This document shows positions 1 to 6,669 of a stretch of 7,991 nucleotides of DNA, one piece after another; positions within the stretch are counted from its first letter, which is position 1; the number at the start of each line of letters is the position of its first letter. Under the pieces are notes generated by a model that did no database searches, was not told the origin of the DNA, and saw only the letters and a list, made by a program, of their open reading frames with translations. Source of the stretch: a virus (lineage: Duplodnaviria; Heunggongvirae; Uroviricota; Caudoviricetes). The translations under genes were made by a program, and so were the position numbers. The DNA lies in IMG/VR virus record IMGVR_UViG_2698536369_000013, positions 1 to 7,991 of that record; one strand, written 5' to 3'.

Positions 1-54
1 TGAACCGCCCCGGGAATCCTGGAGACTAAACTCCCTGAGAAAGAGGTAAACAGA

Positions 55-381
55 ATGACTAAAAATACTCGTTTTTCCCCCGAAGTCCGTCAGAGGGCGA
101 TTCGTATGGTTCTGGAAAGTCAGGGCGAATATGACTCACAGTGGGCGGCAATTTGTTCCATTGCCCCAAAGATTGGCTGTACACCGGAGACTCTGCGTGT
201 CTGGGTACGCCAGCATGAGCGGGATACCGGAGGCGGTGATGGCGGGCTCACCACCGCTGAACGTCAGCGTCTGAAAGAGCTGGAACGTGAAAATCGTGAA
301 CTGCGCCGCAGTAACGATATCCTTCGCCAGGCTTCCGCTTATTTTGCGAAGGCGGAGTTCGACCGCCTCTGGAAAAAGTGA
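55..381 (+). CDS. IS629 OrfA (transposase N-terminal HTH / leucine-zipper protein, 108 aa)
   Basis: ATG at 55, stop TGA at 379-381. Translation [22 protein letters not shown]...[32 protein letters not shown] is the typical IS3-family OrfA. Confidence 0.9.
   Translation: MTKNTRFSPEVRQRAIRMVLESQGEYDSQWAAICSIAPKIGCTPETLRVWVRQHERDTGGGDGGLTTAERQRLKELERENRELRRSNDILRQASAYFAKAEFDRLWKK
373..378 (+). other. Putative programmed -1 ribosomal frameshift window (A-AAA-AG run at the orfA/orfB overlap)
   Basis: AAAAAG at 373-378 immediately before the OrfA stop and inside the orfA/orfB overlap. IS3-family elements typically frameshift on an A6G-type slippery motif. Exact heptamer register not verified. Confidence 0.45.
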
Positions 382-1268
382 TGCCACTGCTGGATAAGCT
401 GCGTAAGCTGTACGGGGTCGGACCGGTATGCAGTGAACTACATATTGCCCCGTCAACGTATTACCACTGTCAGCAACAGCGACATCATCCTTATAAACGC
501 AGTGCCCGTGCGCAGCGCGATGACTGGCTGAAGAAAGAGATACTGCGCGTATACGATGGGAATCATCAGGTATACGGTGTGCGTAAAGTCTGGCGTCAGT
601 TGTTACGGGAAGGAATCAGGGTAGCCAGATGTACAGTGGCGCGCCTCATGGCGGTTATGGGACTTGCCGGTGTTCTCCGGGGTAAAAAGGTCCGCACTAC
701 CGTCAGCCGGAAAGCCGTTGCCGCAGGCGACCGCGTAAACCGTCAGTTTGTGGCAGAACGTCCTGACCAGTTGTGGGTGGCTGATTTTACTTACGTCAGC
801 ACATGGCAGGGGGTCGTCTATGTGGCGTTCATCATTGATGTGTTTGCCGGATACATCGTGGGGTGGCGGGTCTCATCGTCTATGGAAACGACATTCGTGC
901 TGGATGCTCTGGAGCAGGCGTTATGGGCCCGTCGACCGTCCGGCACAGTCCATCACAGTGATAAAGGTTCTCAGTATGTATCGCTGGCCTACACACAGCG
1001 GCTTAAGGAAGCCGGATTACTGGCATCAACAGGAAGTACTGGTGACTCGTATGACAACGCGATGGCGGAGAGCATCAATGGCCTTTACAAAGCGGAGGTA
1101 ATACACCGTAAGAGCTGGAAAAACCGGACAGAAGTGGAGCTGGCCACACTCACGTGGGTGGACTGGTATAACAATCGACGATTGCTGGAAAGGCTGGGCC
1201 ATATCCCACCGGCAGAAGCAGAAAAAGCTTATTATGCTTCCATCGGCAACGATGATCTGGCAGCCTGA
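378..1268 (+). CDS. IS629 OrfB (DDE transposase catalytic domain, probably made as an OrfAB fusion by -1 frameshift)
   Basis: Open frame in -1 relative to OrfA, overlapping its 3' end; stop TGA at 1266-1268. DDE-type motifs visible ([25 protein letters not shown]). The independent start (GTG 378 / ATG 381) is uncertain because expression is normally by frameshifting. Confidence 0.85.
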   Translation: MMPLLDKLRKLYGVGPVCSELHIAPSTYYHCQQQRHHPYKRSARAQRDDWLKKEILRVYDGNHQVYGVRKVWRQLLREGIRVARCTVARLMAVMGLAGVLRGKKVRTTVSRKAVAAGDRVNRQFVAERPDQLWVADFTYVSTWQGVVYVAFIIDVFAGYIVGWRVSSSMETTFVLDALEQALWARRPSGTVHHSDKGSQYVSLAYTQRLKEAGLLASTGSTGDSYDNAMAESINGLYKAEVIHRKSWKNRTEVELATLTWVDWYNNRRLLERLGHIPPAEAEKAYYASIGNDDLAA

Positions 1269-1395
1269 GTTCACAGATAAAACACTCTCCAGGAAACCCG
1301 GGGCGGTTCATACCTTTCACGCGAACGCTGCCAGTTAATACTGACTCAGCTTGTTATGGCGGGTCTGGCAGATTATCAGTTCGGTTGTTACAGAC

Positions 1396-1420
1396 GCCTT
1401 CCGCAGTGAAGGCTTTTTAA
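1396..1420 (+). terminator. Candidate intrinsic terminator (GCCTTC-cgcagt-GAAGGC followed by TTTTTAATTT)
   Basis: 6-bp perfect stem 1396-1401/1408-1413, 6-nt loop, then T5 at 1414-1418. Short stem, so only moderate support. Lies between the IS629 right end and the methyltransferase gene. Confidence 0.4.
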
Positions 1421-1559
1421 TTTGTGGTAATGGGCGGCTGGTGGGTGTTAGCGGCACCTGCCAGCCATCTGTTCATGCGTTGGGGTCACAAGCAAACCTC
1501 AGGCCCATCTGCTTTGCGCAAAAGCGGTATGAGCCTATCAGAGAAGTGCTTATTGATCT

Positions 1560-2606
1560 ATGGCCAATACTGTAAAAATATCCAGTTGTGAGTTAATCAA
1601 CGCTGATTGCCTGGAATTTATCCAGACCTTACCGGAAAACTCTGTCGATCTGATAGTCACAGACCCGCCATACTTTAAAGTGAAGCCCGAGGGCTGGGAT
1701 AACCAGTGGAAGGGCGACGATGATTACCTGAAATGGCTGGACCGATGTCTGGCGCAGTTCTGGCGGGTACTGAAGCCTGCCGGAAGTCTCTACCTGTTCT
1801 GTGGTCATCGCCTGGCATCTGATATCGAAATCATGATGCGTGAACGCTTTAATGTGCTGAACCACATTATCTGGGCGAAGCCGTCCGGGCGCTGGAACGG
1901 ATGCAACAAGGAAAGCCTGCGGGCGTATTTCCCGGCAACAGAACGCATTCTGTTTGCAGAACATTATCAGGGGTCATACCTGCCCAAAAATGACGGCTAT
2001 GCGGCAAAGGGGCGTGAACTAAAACAGCACGTCATGGCCCCGCTGATTTCTTACTTTCGTGATGCGCGTGAATCACTAGGGATAACGTCAAGACAGATAG
2101 CGGAAGCCACCGGAAAGAAAAACATGGCTTCGCACTGGTTTGGTACCAGTCAGTGGCAGTTGCCGAACGAAGGCGATTATCTGAAATTACAGGCGTTGTT
2201 TGCGCGTATTGCAGCAGAAAAACATCAACGCGGGGAACTGGAAAAGCCACACCACCAGCTGGTCAGCACATACAGTGAACTGAACCGGCAATATGCCAGC
2301 CTGCTGGATGAGTACAAATCTCTGCGGCGTTATTTTTCCGTATCGGCTGCCGTTCCGTATACGGATGTCTGGACGCACAAGCCTGTGCAGTATTACCCCG
2401 GCAAACATCCCTGTGAGAAACCGGCGGATATGTTGCGTCAGATAATTACCGCCAGCAGCCATCCGGGAGATTTGGTTGCTGATTTTTTTATGGGGTCGGG
2501 ATCAACAATAAAAGCAGCATTATCGCTGGGACGGCATGCAATAGGTGTGGAGCTGGAAGAAGAGAGATTTAACCAGACTGTAAGCGAAATAAAAGAAAAT
2601 AGTTAA
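1560..2606 (+). CDS. DNA methyltransferase, beta-class amino-MTase (N6-adenine or N4-cytosine), 348 aa, no adjacent restriction gene
   Basis: ATG 1560, stop TAA 2604-2606. DPPY motif (IVTDPPYF) near the N-terminus and an AdoMet-binding FxGxG motif (DFFMGSGST) near the C-terminus, i.e. motif IV before motif I. No endonuclease partner in the window. SD is weak, so the start is not certain. Confidence 0.85.
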   Translation: MANTVKISSCELINADCLEFIQTLPENSVDLIVTDPPYFKVKPEGWDNQWKGDDDYLKWLDRCLAQFWRVLKPAGSLYLFCGHRLASDIEIMMRERFNVLNHIIWAKPSGRWNGCNKESLRAYFPATERILFAEHYQGSYLPKNDGYAAKGRELKQHVMAPLISYFRDARESLGITSRQIAEATGKKNMASHWFGTSQWQLPNEGDYLKLQALFARIAAEKHQRGELEKPHHQLVSTYSELNRQYASLLDEYKSLRRYFSVSAAVPYTDVWTHKPVQYYPGKHPCEKPADMLRQIITASSHPGDLVADFFMGSGSTIKAALSLGRHAIGVELEEERFNQTVSEIKENS

Positions 2607-2787
2607 ATATGTGTGTGATTATTTGTAATCAATCACGAGTGATAGAAATTTATACATATATTTACTAATATTGACACTATGTTTATTGAAATAGTGTTTG
2701 CCCTCATTAATATCAATAGTCGGTTCCGAGGAGATGACAGGGAAATAATGCATATATCGGTCGTTTTATTTTTTCCGAGGAACCGTT

Positions 2788-2860
2788 GCCGATTTAACTT
2801 AGCAGACAAAGCAACTGACTTGTAATCACCGGGTCGCCAGTTCGATTCCGGTAATCGGCA
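2788..2860 (+). tRNA. tRNA-like element, probably a degenerate or non-canonical tRNA (anticodon loop CTTGTAA would read UGU)
   Basis: Perfect 7-bp acceptor stem (GCCGATT / AATCGGC), canonical T-loop TTCGATT, and correct 73-nt spacing. But the anticodon stem has only 3 pairs, the D-stem 3 pairs, G19 is replaced by A, and no CCA is encoded. Confidence 0.3.
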
Positions 2861-2866
2861 CTATAT

Positions 2867-2941
<75 letters not shown>

Positions 2942-3223
2942 GCAGAGGACAATAGATGCTAGGTTGTGTTAGGCACTGACACATTATATGTGTGGGATGT
3001 TTTTGTTTTACCCTGACTCCTTACTACATCCCGTCCTGTAATGAATGTTATTTATTACGGTATCAGTGCTGATTTTTTTATAACATCGGAATGGCGCATT
3101 GTCGGTGGAGATTTTGTATTTCCTGACAGGGTCGGTGATGTGTCATCCCGATGTTGTAAACATCGCTAAAAATGACATTGAGATTAATCATATACTAAGC
3201 AAAACCTGGAAATACATCCTTTA

Positions 3224-3248
3224 CCGCCTCCACCGGGCGGTTTTTTTT
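3224..3248 (+). terminator. Rho-independent terminator downstream of the tRNA cluster
   Basis: CCGCC (3224-3228) / GGCGG (3236-3240) stem with 7-nt loop, followed by T8 (3241-3248). Confidence 0.6.
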
Positions 3249-3620
3249 ATTCTGAACCCTAAAAAAAGAAACACGGACACTGATAATGCCCGTGTGGCAA
3301 TGCCATGTAAGTTAGCGATGAATATGGCGCAAAAAAAGCGCGGCCGTCGGATTAACGCCGCGGGACAAAGTCCATGAAGAATCATAAGTATCTGTCTCCT
3401 TCAGGAGACGAGTTGATATTACTAAGCTTTAAAAATGGTTTAAATCCTCAGATTAACCTTAATTTCAGGTAAGTCTTATTTCATTTCTTTGCGCCACGCC
3501 CGGCGCACATCAAAAACCACAGAGCCTTTCAGGGGTGAGCTTACGGGATGGTCAGTGTGACTTTCTCTGTGGGCTGGTCACCCCCGGGCGCAGGCTCACC
3601 CACTAAAAGGAAAAGTCACG

Positions 3621-4046
3621 ATGTTTGGTATTTTCAAAAAGAAAACCCGCAAGGCCATTACCGAAGTGAAGAAGATGGAGAACCGCGACGCAGTGGAGGC
3701 GACCGTCTGGGGCGCGTATTCCATTGCATATGCTGACGACACCTGTGACGCGAAAGAAGTCGCGGTACTGGAGAAAACCATTGCAGCACTTCCTGCCTTT
3801 GCGCCGTTCTCGGGTGAGATTGCACAAATGAGTGCAAATATCCGCGCCCGTTATGAAGCGTCACCGCGTTCTGCCAATGCCGAAGCCCTTCGTCAGCTGG
3901 CTGATGTTGCCGGTACTGATGATGCAGTTAACGTGCTGTGTCTGTGTCTGGATATTGCTGACCAGGACGGCATCGGTCCTGATGAAGAAGTGCAGCTCAA
4001 GAAAATTGCACAGGCGTTGCAGTTGCCGCTGGAGCAGTACCTGTGA
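3621..4046 (+). CDS. TerB-like (tellurite-resistance TerB family) protein, 141 aa
   Basis: ATG 3621 with AAGGA about 9 nt upstream; stop TGA 4044-4046. N-terminus MFGIFKKK resembles the TerB N-terminus, and two motifs of the form A-x-A-D-[DG]...E...L (AYADDTCDAKEVAVLEKTIAAL and LDIADQDGIGPDEEVQLKKIAQAL) are characteristic of the TerB fold. Confidence 0.7.
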   Translation: MFGIFKKKTRKAITEVKKMENRDAVEATVWGAYSIAYADDTCDAKEVAVLEKTIAALPAFAPFSGEIAQMSANIRARYEASPRSANAEALRQLADVAGTDDAVNVLCLCLDIADQDGIGPDEEVQLKKIAQALQLPLEQYL

Positions 4047-4195
4047 AAAGTGCGCGCCTTGTGCTGGCTGCCATCCTGCTGTTTCTGGTAGTGGTGGTGG
4101 ATTTCACCGGACGGCTGATGTCGGTGCTGGCAGATGGTGTGCTGGTGGCGATGGCGCTGGTCGTGCTCCGGCCTTTACTGCGTAAATCTGAATAA
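4043..4195 (+). CDS. Small hydrophobic protein (50 aa, about 2 predicted TM helices), GTG start overlapping the TerB-like stop
   Basis: GTG at 4043 overlaps the TGA of the upstream gene (ctGTGAaa). Translation MKSARLVLAAILLFLVVVVDFTGRLMSVLADGVLVAMALVVLRPLLRKSE, stop TAA 4193-4195. Too short for the ORF track; found by manual translation. Followed by two hairpins. Confidence 0.4.
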   Translation: MKSARLVLAAILLFLVVVVDFTGRLMSVLADGVLVAMALVVLRPLLRKSE

Positions 4196-4242
4196 CACCA
4201 CACAAAAGGCATCTGCGGGTGCCTTTGATGGGGTGTTTTTAT

Positions 4243-4264
4243 GGGCCGTTGGTGGCCCTTTTTT
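4243..4264 (+). terminator. Rho-independent terminator between the TerB-like insert and the lysis cassette
   Basis: GGGCC (4243-4247) / GGCCC (4254-4258) stem, 6-nt loop, then T6 (4259-4264). Preceded by a second hairpin AAAGGCA...TGCCTTT at 4205-4225. Confidence 0.55.
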
Positions 4265-4282
4265 ATTTACAGGAGAAAAAGT

Positions 4283-4675
4283 ATGTCTGAACCCTTATCC
4301 GGTTCCGGCACGGCTGCGGCGCTCGGCGGGGCGACGGTATTCGGGCTGTTTACCGGAACGGATTTCGGGATTGTGTTTGGTGCGTTCGCCGGGGCGTTGT
4401 TTGTGGCAACGATGCCGCAGAAGATTTCAGCCTGGCGTGTGGCGGCACATTTTCTGGTGTCGTTCATTGTTGGTGTACTGGGGGCGCGTGTACTGTCAGC
4501 CTGGATTGCATCAAAAACAGGTTATGACGGTACATCTGCGGATGCACTGTGTGCGGTGCTGGTGGCGGTGGTGTCGGTGAAGATTCTGTCGTTCATCCAC
4601 CAGCAGGATATCGCATCACTGGTGTCCGGCCTGTTCTCGCGCCTGCGGGGCGGAGGAGGCGGCAATGTTAAGTAA
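4283..4675 (+). CDS. Putative holin / lysis membrane protein (130 aa, 3-4 predicted TM segments, Gly-rich)
   Basis: Strong SD AGGAG (4271-4275) then ATG 4283; stop TAA 4673-4675. Hydrophobic helices with GxxxG-like spacing and a charged C-terminal tail. Sits immediately upstream of the endolysin and is translationally coupled to the next gene. Confidence 0.6.
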   Translation: MSEPLSGSGTAAALGGATVFGLFTGTDFGIVFGAFAGALFVATMPQKISAWRVAAHFLVSFIVGVLGARVLSAWIASKTGYDGTSADALCAVLVAVVSVKILSFIHQQDIASLVSGLFSRLRGGGGGNVK

Positions 4676-4940
4676 CCTTCCCGGATTGCTGAATGTGGCG
4701 TTATGCACGGTTATCGTGCTGACGCTCTTTTTTTATCGTCGCCGTGATTCCAGACATAAACCGCTGATGTCATGGCTGGCCTGGTTGCTGATGCTGCTGT
4801 ATGCCTTTGCGCCCCTCAGCTATCTGTGTGGTCGCCCGTTAGCAACGGGCTGGCTGGAAGTGTTTTTTAATTTGTTGTTCTGCGTGCTGGTAATACGCGC
4901 ACGCGGGAACGTCACAAAAATCTTTCCATTGTTGAGGTGA
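4665..4940 (+). CDS. Second small membrane protein of the lysis cassette (91 aa, 2-3 TM; holin or antiholin-like)
   Basis: ATG 4665 overlaps the upstream stop (ATGTTAAGTAA); stop TGA 4938-4940 lies 2 nt before the endolysin ATG. Strongly hydrophobic (LLNVALCTVIVLTLFFY..., WLAWLLMLLYAF...). Confidence 0.55.
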   Translation: MLSNLPGLLNVALCTVIVLTLFFYRRRDSRHKPLMSWLAWLLMLLYAFAPLSYLCGRPLATGWLEVFFNLLFCVLVIRARGNVTKIFPLLR

Positions 4941-4942
4941 AT

Positions 4943-5320
4943 ATGCCGGGTAAATTCAGATTCAGCCGTCGGAGCGAGAAAAATCTGGAGGGCGTCAAAC
5001 CACAACTGGTTGCTGTCGTTCGCCGTGCCCTTGAGCTGACGGAAGTTGATTTCGGTATTACGGAAGGCCTGCGCAGTAAGTATCGCCAGAAACAGCTGGT
5101 CGCGGAAGGGAAAAGTCAGACCATGAACAGCCGCCATCTGACCGGTGATGCGGTGGATGTTGTGGCCTACGTTGGCAACCAGGTGTCATGGGACTGGCCT
5201 CTGTACGAGAAAATCGCGCAGGCATTTAAGCAGGCTGCCGCAGAGCTGGGAACTGCCATCGAATGGGGCGGGGACTGGAAAACACTGAAAGACGGGCCTC
5301 ACTTCCAATTGAAACGCTGA
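4943..5320 (+). CDS. Endolysin, peptidase M15 family (L-alanyl-D-glutamate / D-Ala-D-Ala type zinc peptidase), 125 aa
   Basis: SD GAGGTG (4934-4939) then ATG 4943; stop TGA 5318-5320. Motifs typical of M15 phage endolysins: SRHLTGDAVDV (His/Asp metal ligands) and a C-terminal GGDW...DGPHFQL block. Confidence 0.8.
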   Translation: MPGKFRFSRRSEKNLEGVKPQLVAVVRRALELTEVDFGITEGLRSKYRQKQLVAEGKSQTMNSRHLTGDAVDVVAYVGNQVSWDWPLYEKIAQAFKQAAAELGTAIEWGGDWKTLKDGPHFQLKR

Positions 5321-5334
5321 TAGCCGGGCGAGTT

Positions 5335-5517
5335 ATGAGCCGAAAACACTGGACACACAGAATGCCGCGAGCGGCGGCAAAATGGGCACTGGTAGCGATA
5401 CTGGTGCCTTTTTTATTGGTGGGGTGCGTCAGCCTGGATAAGGCGCGCCAGCTTTTCGATACGGCTTCTCAGGTCTGTGAAATTGTCGACGGTGTTCGAC
5501 AGTGTCTGCAGAGCTGA
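5335..5517 (+). CDS. Small lipoprotein (60 aa; possible o-spanin-like or accessory lysis lipoprotein)
   Basis: Signal peptide with lipobox: KWALVAILVPFLLVGC (Cys after LVG). Lies immediately after the endolysin. Start at ATG 5335 or 5362 is ambiguous; no C-terminal TM segment; not Pro-rich like classical Rz1. Confidence 0.5.
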   Translation: MSRKHWTHRMPRAAAKWALVAILVPFLLVGCVSLDKARQLFDTASQVCEIVDGVRQCLQS

Positions 5518-5690
5518 TCGCCCGTAAGAGCAGAATATTTCGCTGAAAAATGAAGGATGCGCCAGCGTCCGGAAGGCATGAAATTCTGCTGTGTGTGCCA
5601 ATTTGTCTTATACATTCTGAATCTTGCCGAATCAGGACGAACTTTGAACAACAGACCGGGCGGCAAGGGGCATTTTTATCCGGAGGGGAT

Positions 5691-5915
5691 ATGAAGAGAT
5701 TACTGGTAACCGTAAAGCCCTTTAACGGAACGATTCCATTCAGGGTTTTGCAGCGTGGACGTGTTCTGGTTAAGGATATCTTCAGTGGTAAATGCACGGA
5801 GTGTTATTCCCGGACATATGAAGTGGATGCCACGGATGAAGAAATTTCTGTTGAATGTGATCTGAACGCAAATATGGCGGGGATTGTAACGGCCACGTTG
5901 TTGCCTGTTTCATGA
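5691..5915 (+). CDS. Hypothetical small protein (74 aa) with a CxxC motif
   Basis: Strong SD GGAGGGG (5682-5688) then ATG 5691; stop TGA 5913-5915. Contains KCTEC plus a third Cys (VEC). The ORF track's longer form (from 5550) has no SD, so the 5691 start is preferred. Confidence 0.55.
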   Translation: MKRLLVTVKPFNGTIPFRVLQRGRVLVKDIFSGKCTECYSRTYEVDATDEEISVECDLNANMAGIVTATLLPVS

Positions 5916-5955
5916 ATGACATAGAATGTCTCTGGGTACCCAAAAGGAGAACACT

Positions 5956-6171
5956 ATGTTTGTAGAAAATAACCTGAAGGCTGATCCTGATAATCAGGGA
6001 TGGGTTCTTGGTTGGGCTGTAGTACGTGACAAACCCTGGCATCTGGTCGGCATTTATGCAACGGAGGATGGCGCAAAGTCTAAACGCTCTGAATTGAATG
6101 GGGAGTATGAAGTTCGTTATGGTTCCCATCGTTTAGGTAGTGATGATTTTATGTCTGTCGGACTTAGCTAA
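5956..6171 (+). CDS. Hypothetical small protein (71 aa)
   Basis: SD AGGAG (5944-5948) then ATG 5956; stop TAA 6169-6171. Lies 40 nt downstream of the previous gene and is followed by a strong terminator, so probably a two-gene unit. Confidence 0.55.
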   Translation: MFVENNLKADPDNQGWVLGWAVVRDKPWHLVGIYATEDGAKSKRSELNGEYEVRYGSHRLGSDDFMSVGLS

Positions 6172-6192
6172 CTGGCTGTGATGCCTGTTTGT

Positions 6193-6217
6193 AGCCCCGC
6201 AAATGCGGGGCTTTTTT
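6193..6217 (+). terminator. Strong rho-independent terminator
   Basis: AGCCCCGC (6193-6200) / GCGGGGC (6205-6211) GC-rich stem, 4-nt loop AAAT, then T6 (6212-6217). Confidence 0.75.
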
Positions 6218-6227
6218 ATATCTGGAG

Positions 6228-6626
6228 ATGATGATGGAAAAAACAGAAAATAAACCGATTTTAGTTGGTGTCGCGTCTATTCCGTTTAAGTTTGAACTGT
6301 CACAACTGGTGGAAGTACGCATCAGTGATGAATGGGGTGAGGTTAAAGCTCGCGCGCAGTATGCGGATGGCGAAAACCAGTACTTGATCCACTACAAGGC
6401 TGCTGATGGTCGCGCCACAACGGCGTGGTTTGGTGAGTCAATGCTGGAAGCAACAGAAGATGATCGCCATCCGGGCTGTCCGGTATTTGCCGGTATGAAA
6501 TTACCGGAAGGTGCAGTTGAACTGCAGCCGGGTGAGGTGTTCGTAATGACAGACATCATTGATGGTAAACCGCAGTATTCGCGTATTGAAATGAATAGTA
6601 AGAGTGCTCGCCTGATTCGTGAGTAA
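6228..6626 (+). CDS. Hypothetical protein (about 130 aa), function unknown
   Basis: GGAG (6224-6227) followed by three tandem ATGs (6228, 6231, 6234), so the exact start is ambiguous. Stop TAA 6624-6626. Clean ORF with no overlapping competitor; no motif I recognise. Confidence 0.65.
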   Translation: MMMEKTENKPILVGVASIPFKFELSQLVEVRISDEWGEVKARAQYADGENQYLIHYKAADGRATTAWFGESMLEATEDDRHPGCPVFAGMKLPEGAVELQPGEVFVMTDIIDGKPQYSRIEMNSKSARLIRE

Positions 6627-6630
6627 CAGG

Positions 6631-6669
6631 CATTACAGCAGCCCTTCACTCTAAGGGGTTGCTGTAATG
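6631..6669. repeat. Long inverted repeat / stem-loop (14-bp stem, 10-nt loop) right after the 6228-6626 gene
   Basis: CATTACAGCAGCCC (6631-6644) pairs with GGGGTTGCTGTAATG (6655-6669) with one G-U. No downstream T-tract, so not a classical intrinsic terminator. Confidence 0.6.

Larger units (their letters stand above)
1..1310 (+). mobile_element. IS629: Complete IS3-family insertion sequence, IS629/IS1203-like (1310 bp)
   Basis: Imperfect terminal inverted repeats: 5'-TGAACCGCCCCGGG at 1-14 and CCCGGGGCGGTTCA-3' at 1297-1310 (TG...CA ends). Two overlapping transposase ORFs in 0/-1 frames. Both protein sequences match IS629 OrfA/OrfB as I recall them, with a few substitutions. Confidence 0.9.

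Noticed and set aside
136-456. 106-aa ORF on the minus strand inside IS629
   Set aside because: Antisense to the well-supported orfA/orfB genes, with no RBS or recognisable motif. Typical spurious antisense ORF in GC-balanced coding DNA.
748-1101. 117-aa + strand ORF in an alternative frame within orfB
   Set aside because: Fully nested in the transposase orfB, whose frame carries the DDE motifs. Trp/Arg/Ser-rich, as expected for an off-frame translation.
1351-1575. 74-aa ORF between IS629 and the methyltransferase
   Set aside because: Needs a TTG start, has no SD, and overlaps the MTase start. More likely non-coding leader or a remnant of sequence disrupted by the IS; left as uncertain.
3099-3377. 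92-aa ORF in the AT-rich gap after the tRNAs
   Set aside because: Runs straight through the strong intrinsic terminator at 3224-3248, and the region is AT-rich with low-complexity translation. Unlikely to be a gene.
3413-3445. TTGATA ... TGGTTTAAAT as a promoter for the TerB-like gene
   Set aside because: The spacing between the -35-like hexamer and the best -10-like hexamer is about 21 bp, and the -10 match is poor. Not supportable from sequence alone.
3832-4675. Overlapping alternative-frame ORFs (3832-4185, 4134-4580, 3997-4212 on the minus strand, 4267-4467 on the minus strand)
   Set aside because: All overlap the better-supported TerB-like, small membrane and holin-like genes. Their translations are Cys/Trp/Arg-rich, typical of off-frame reading of GC-rich coding sequence.
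5263-5334. N-terminal extension of the lipoprotein ORF overlapping the endolysin 3' end
   Set aside because: The extension has no signal-peptide character and overlaps the endolysin. The internal ATG at 5335 (or 5362) gives a canonical signal peptide and lipobox.
5550-5690. Long form of the 74-aa gene starting at 5550
   Set aside because: No SD at 5550, whereas a strong GGAGGGG precedes the ATG at 5691. The upstream part is more likely a non-coding leader or promoter.
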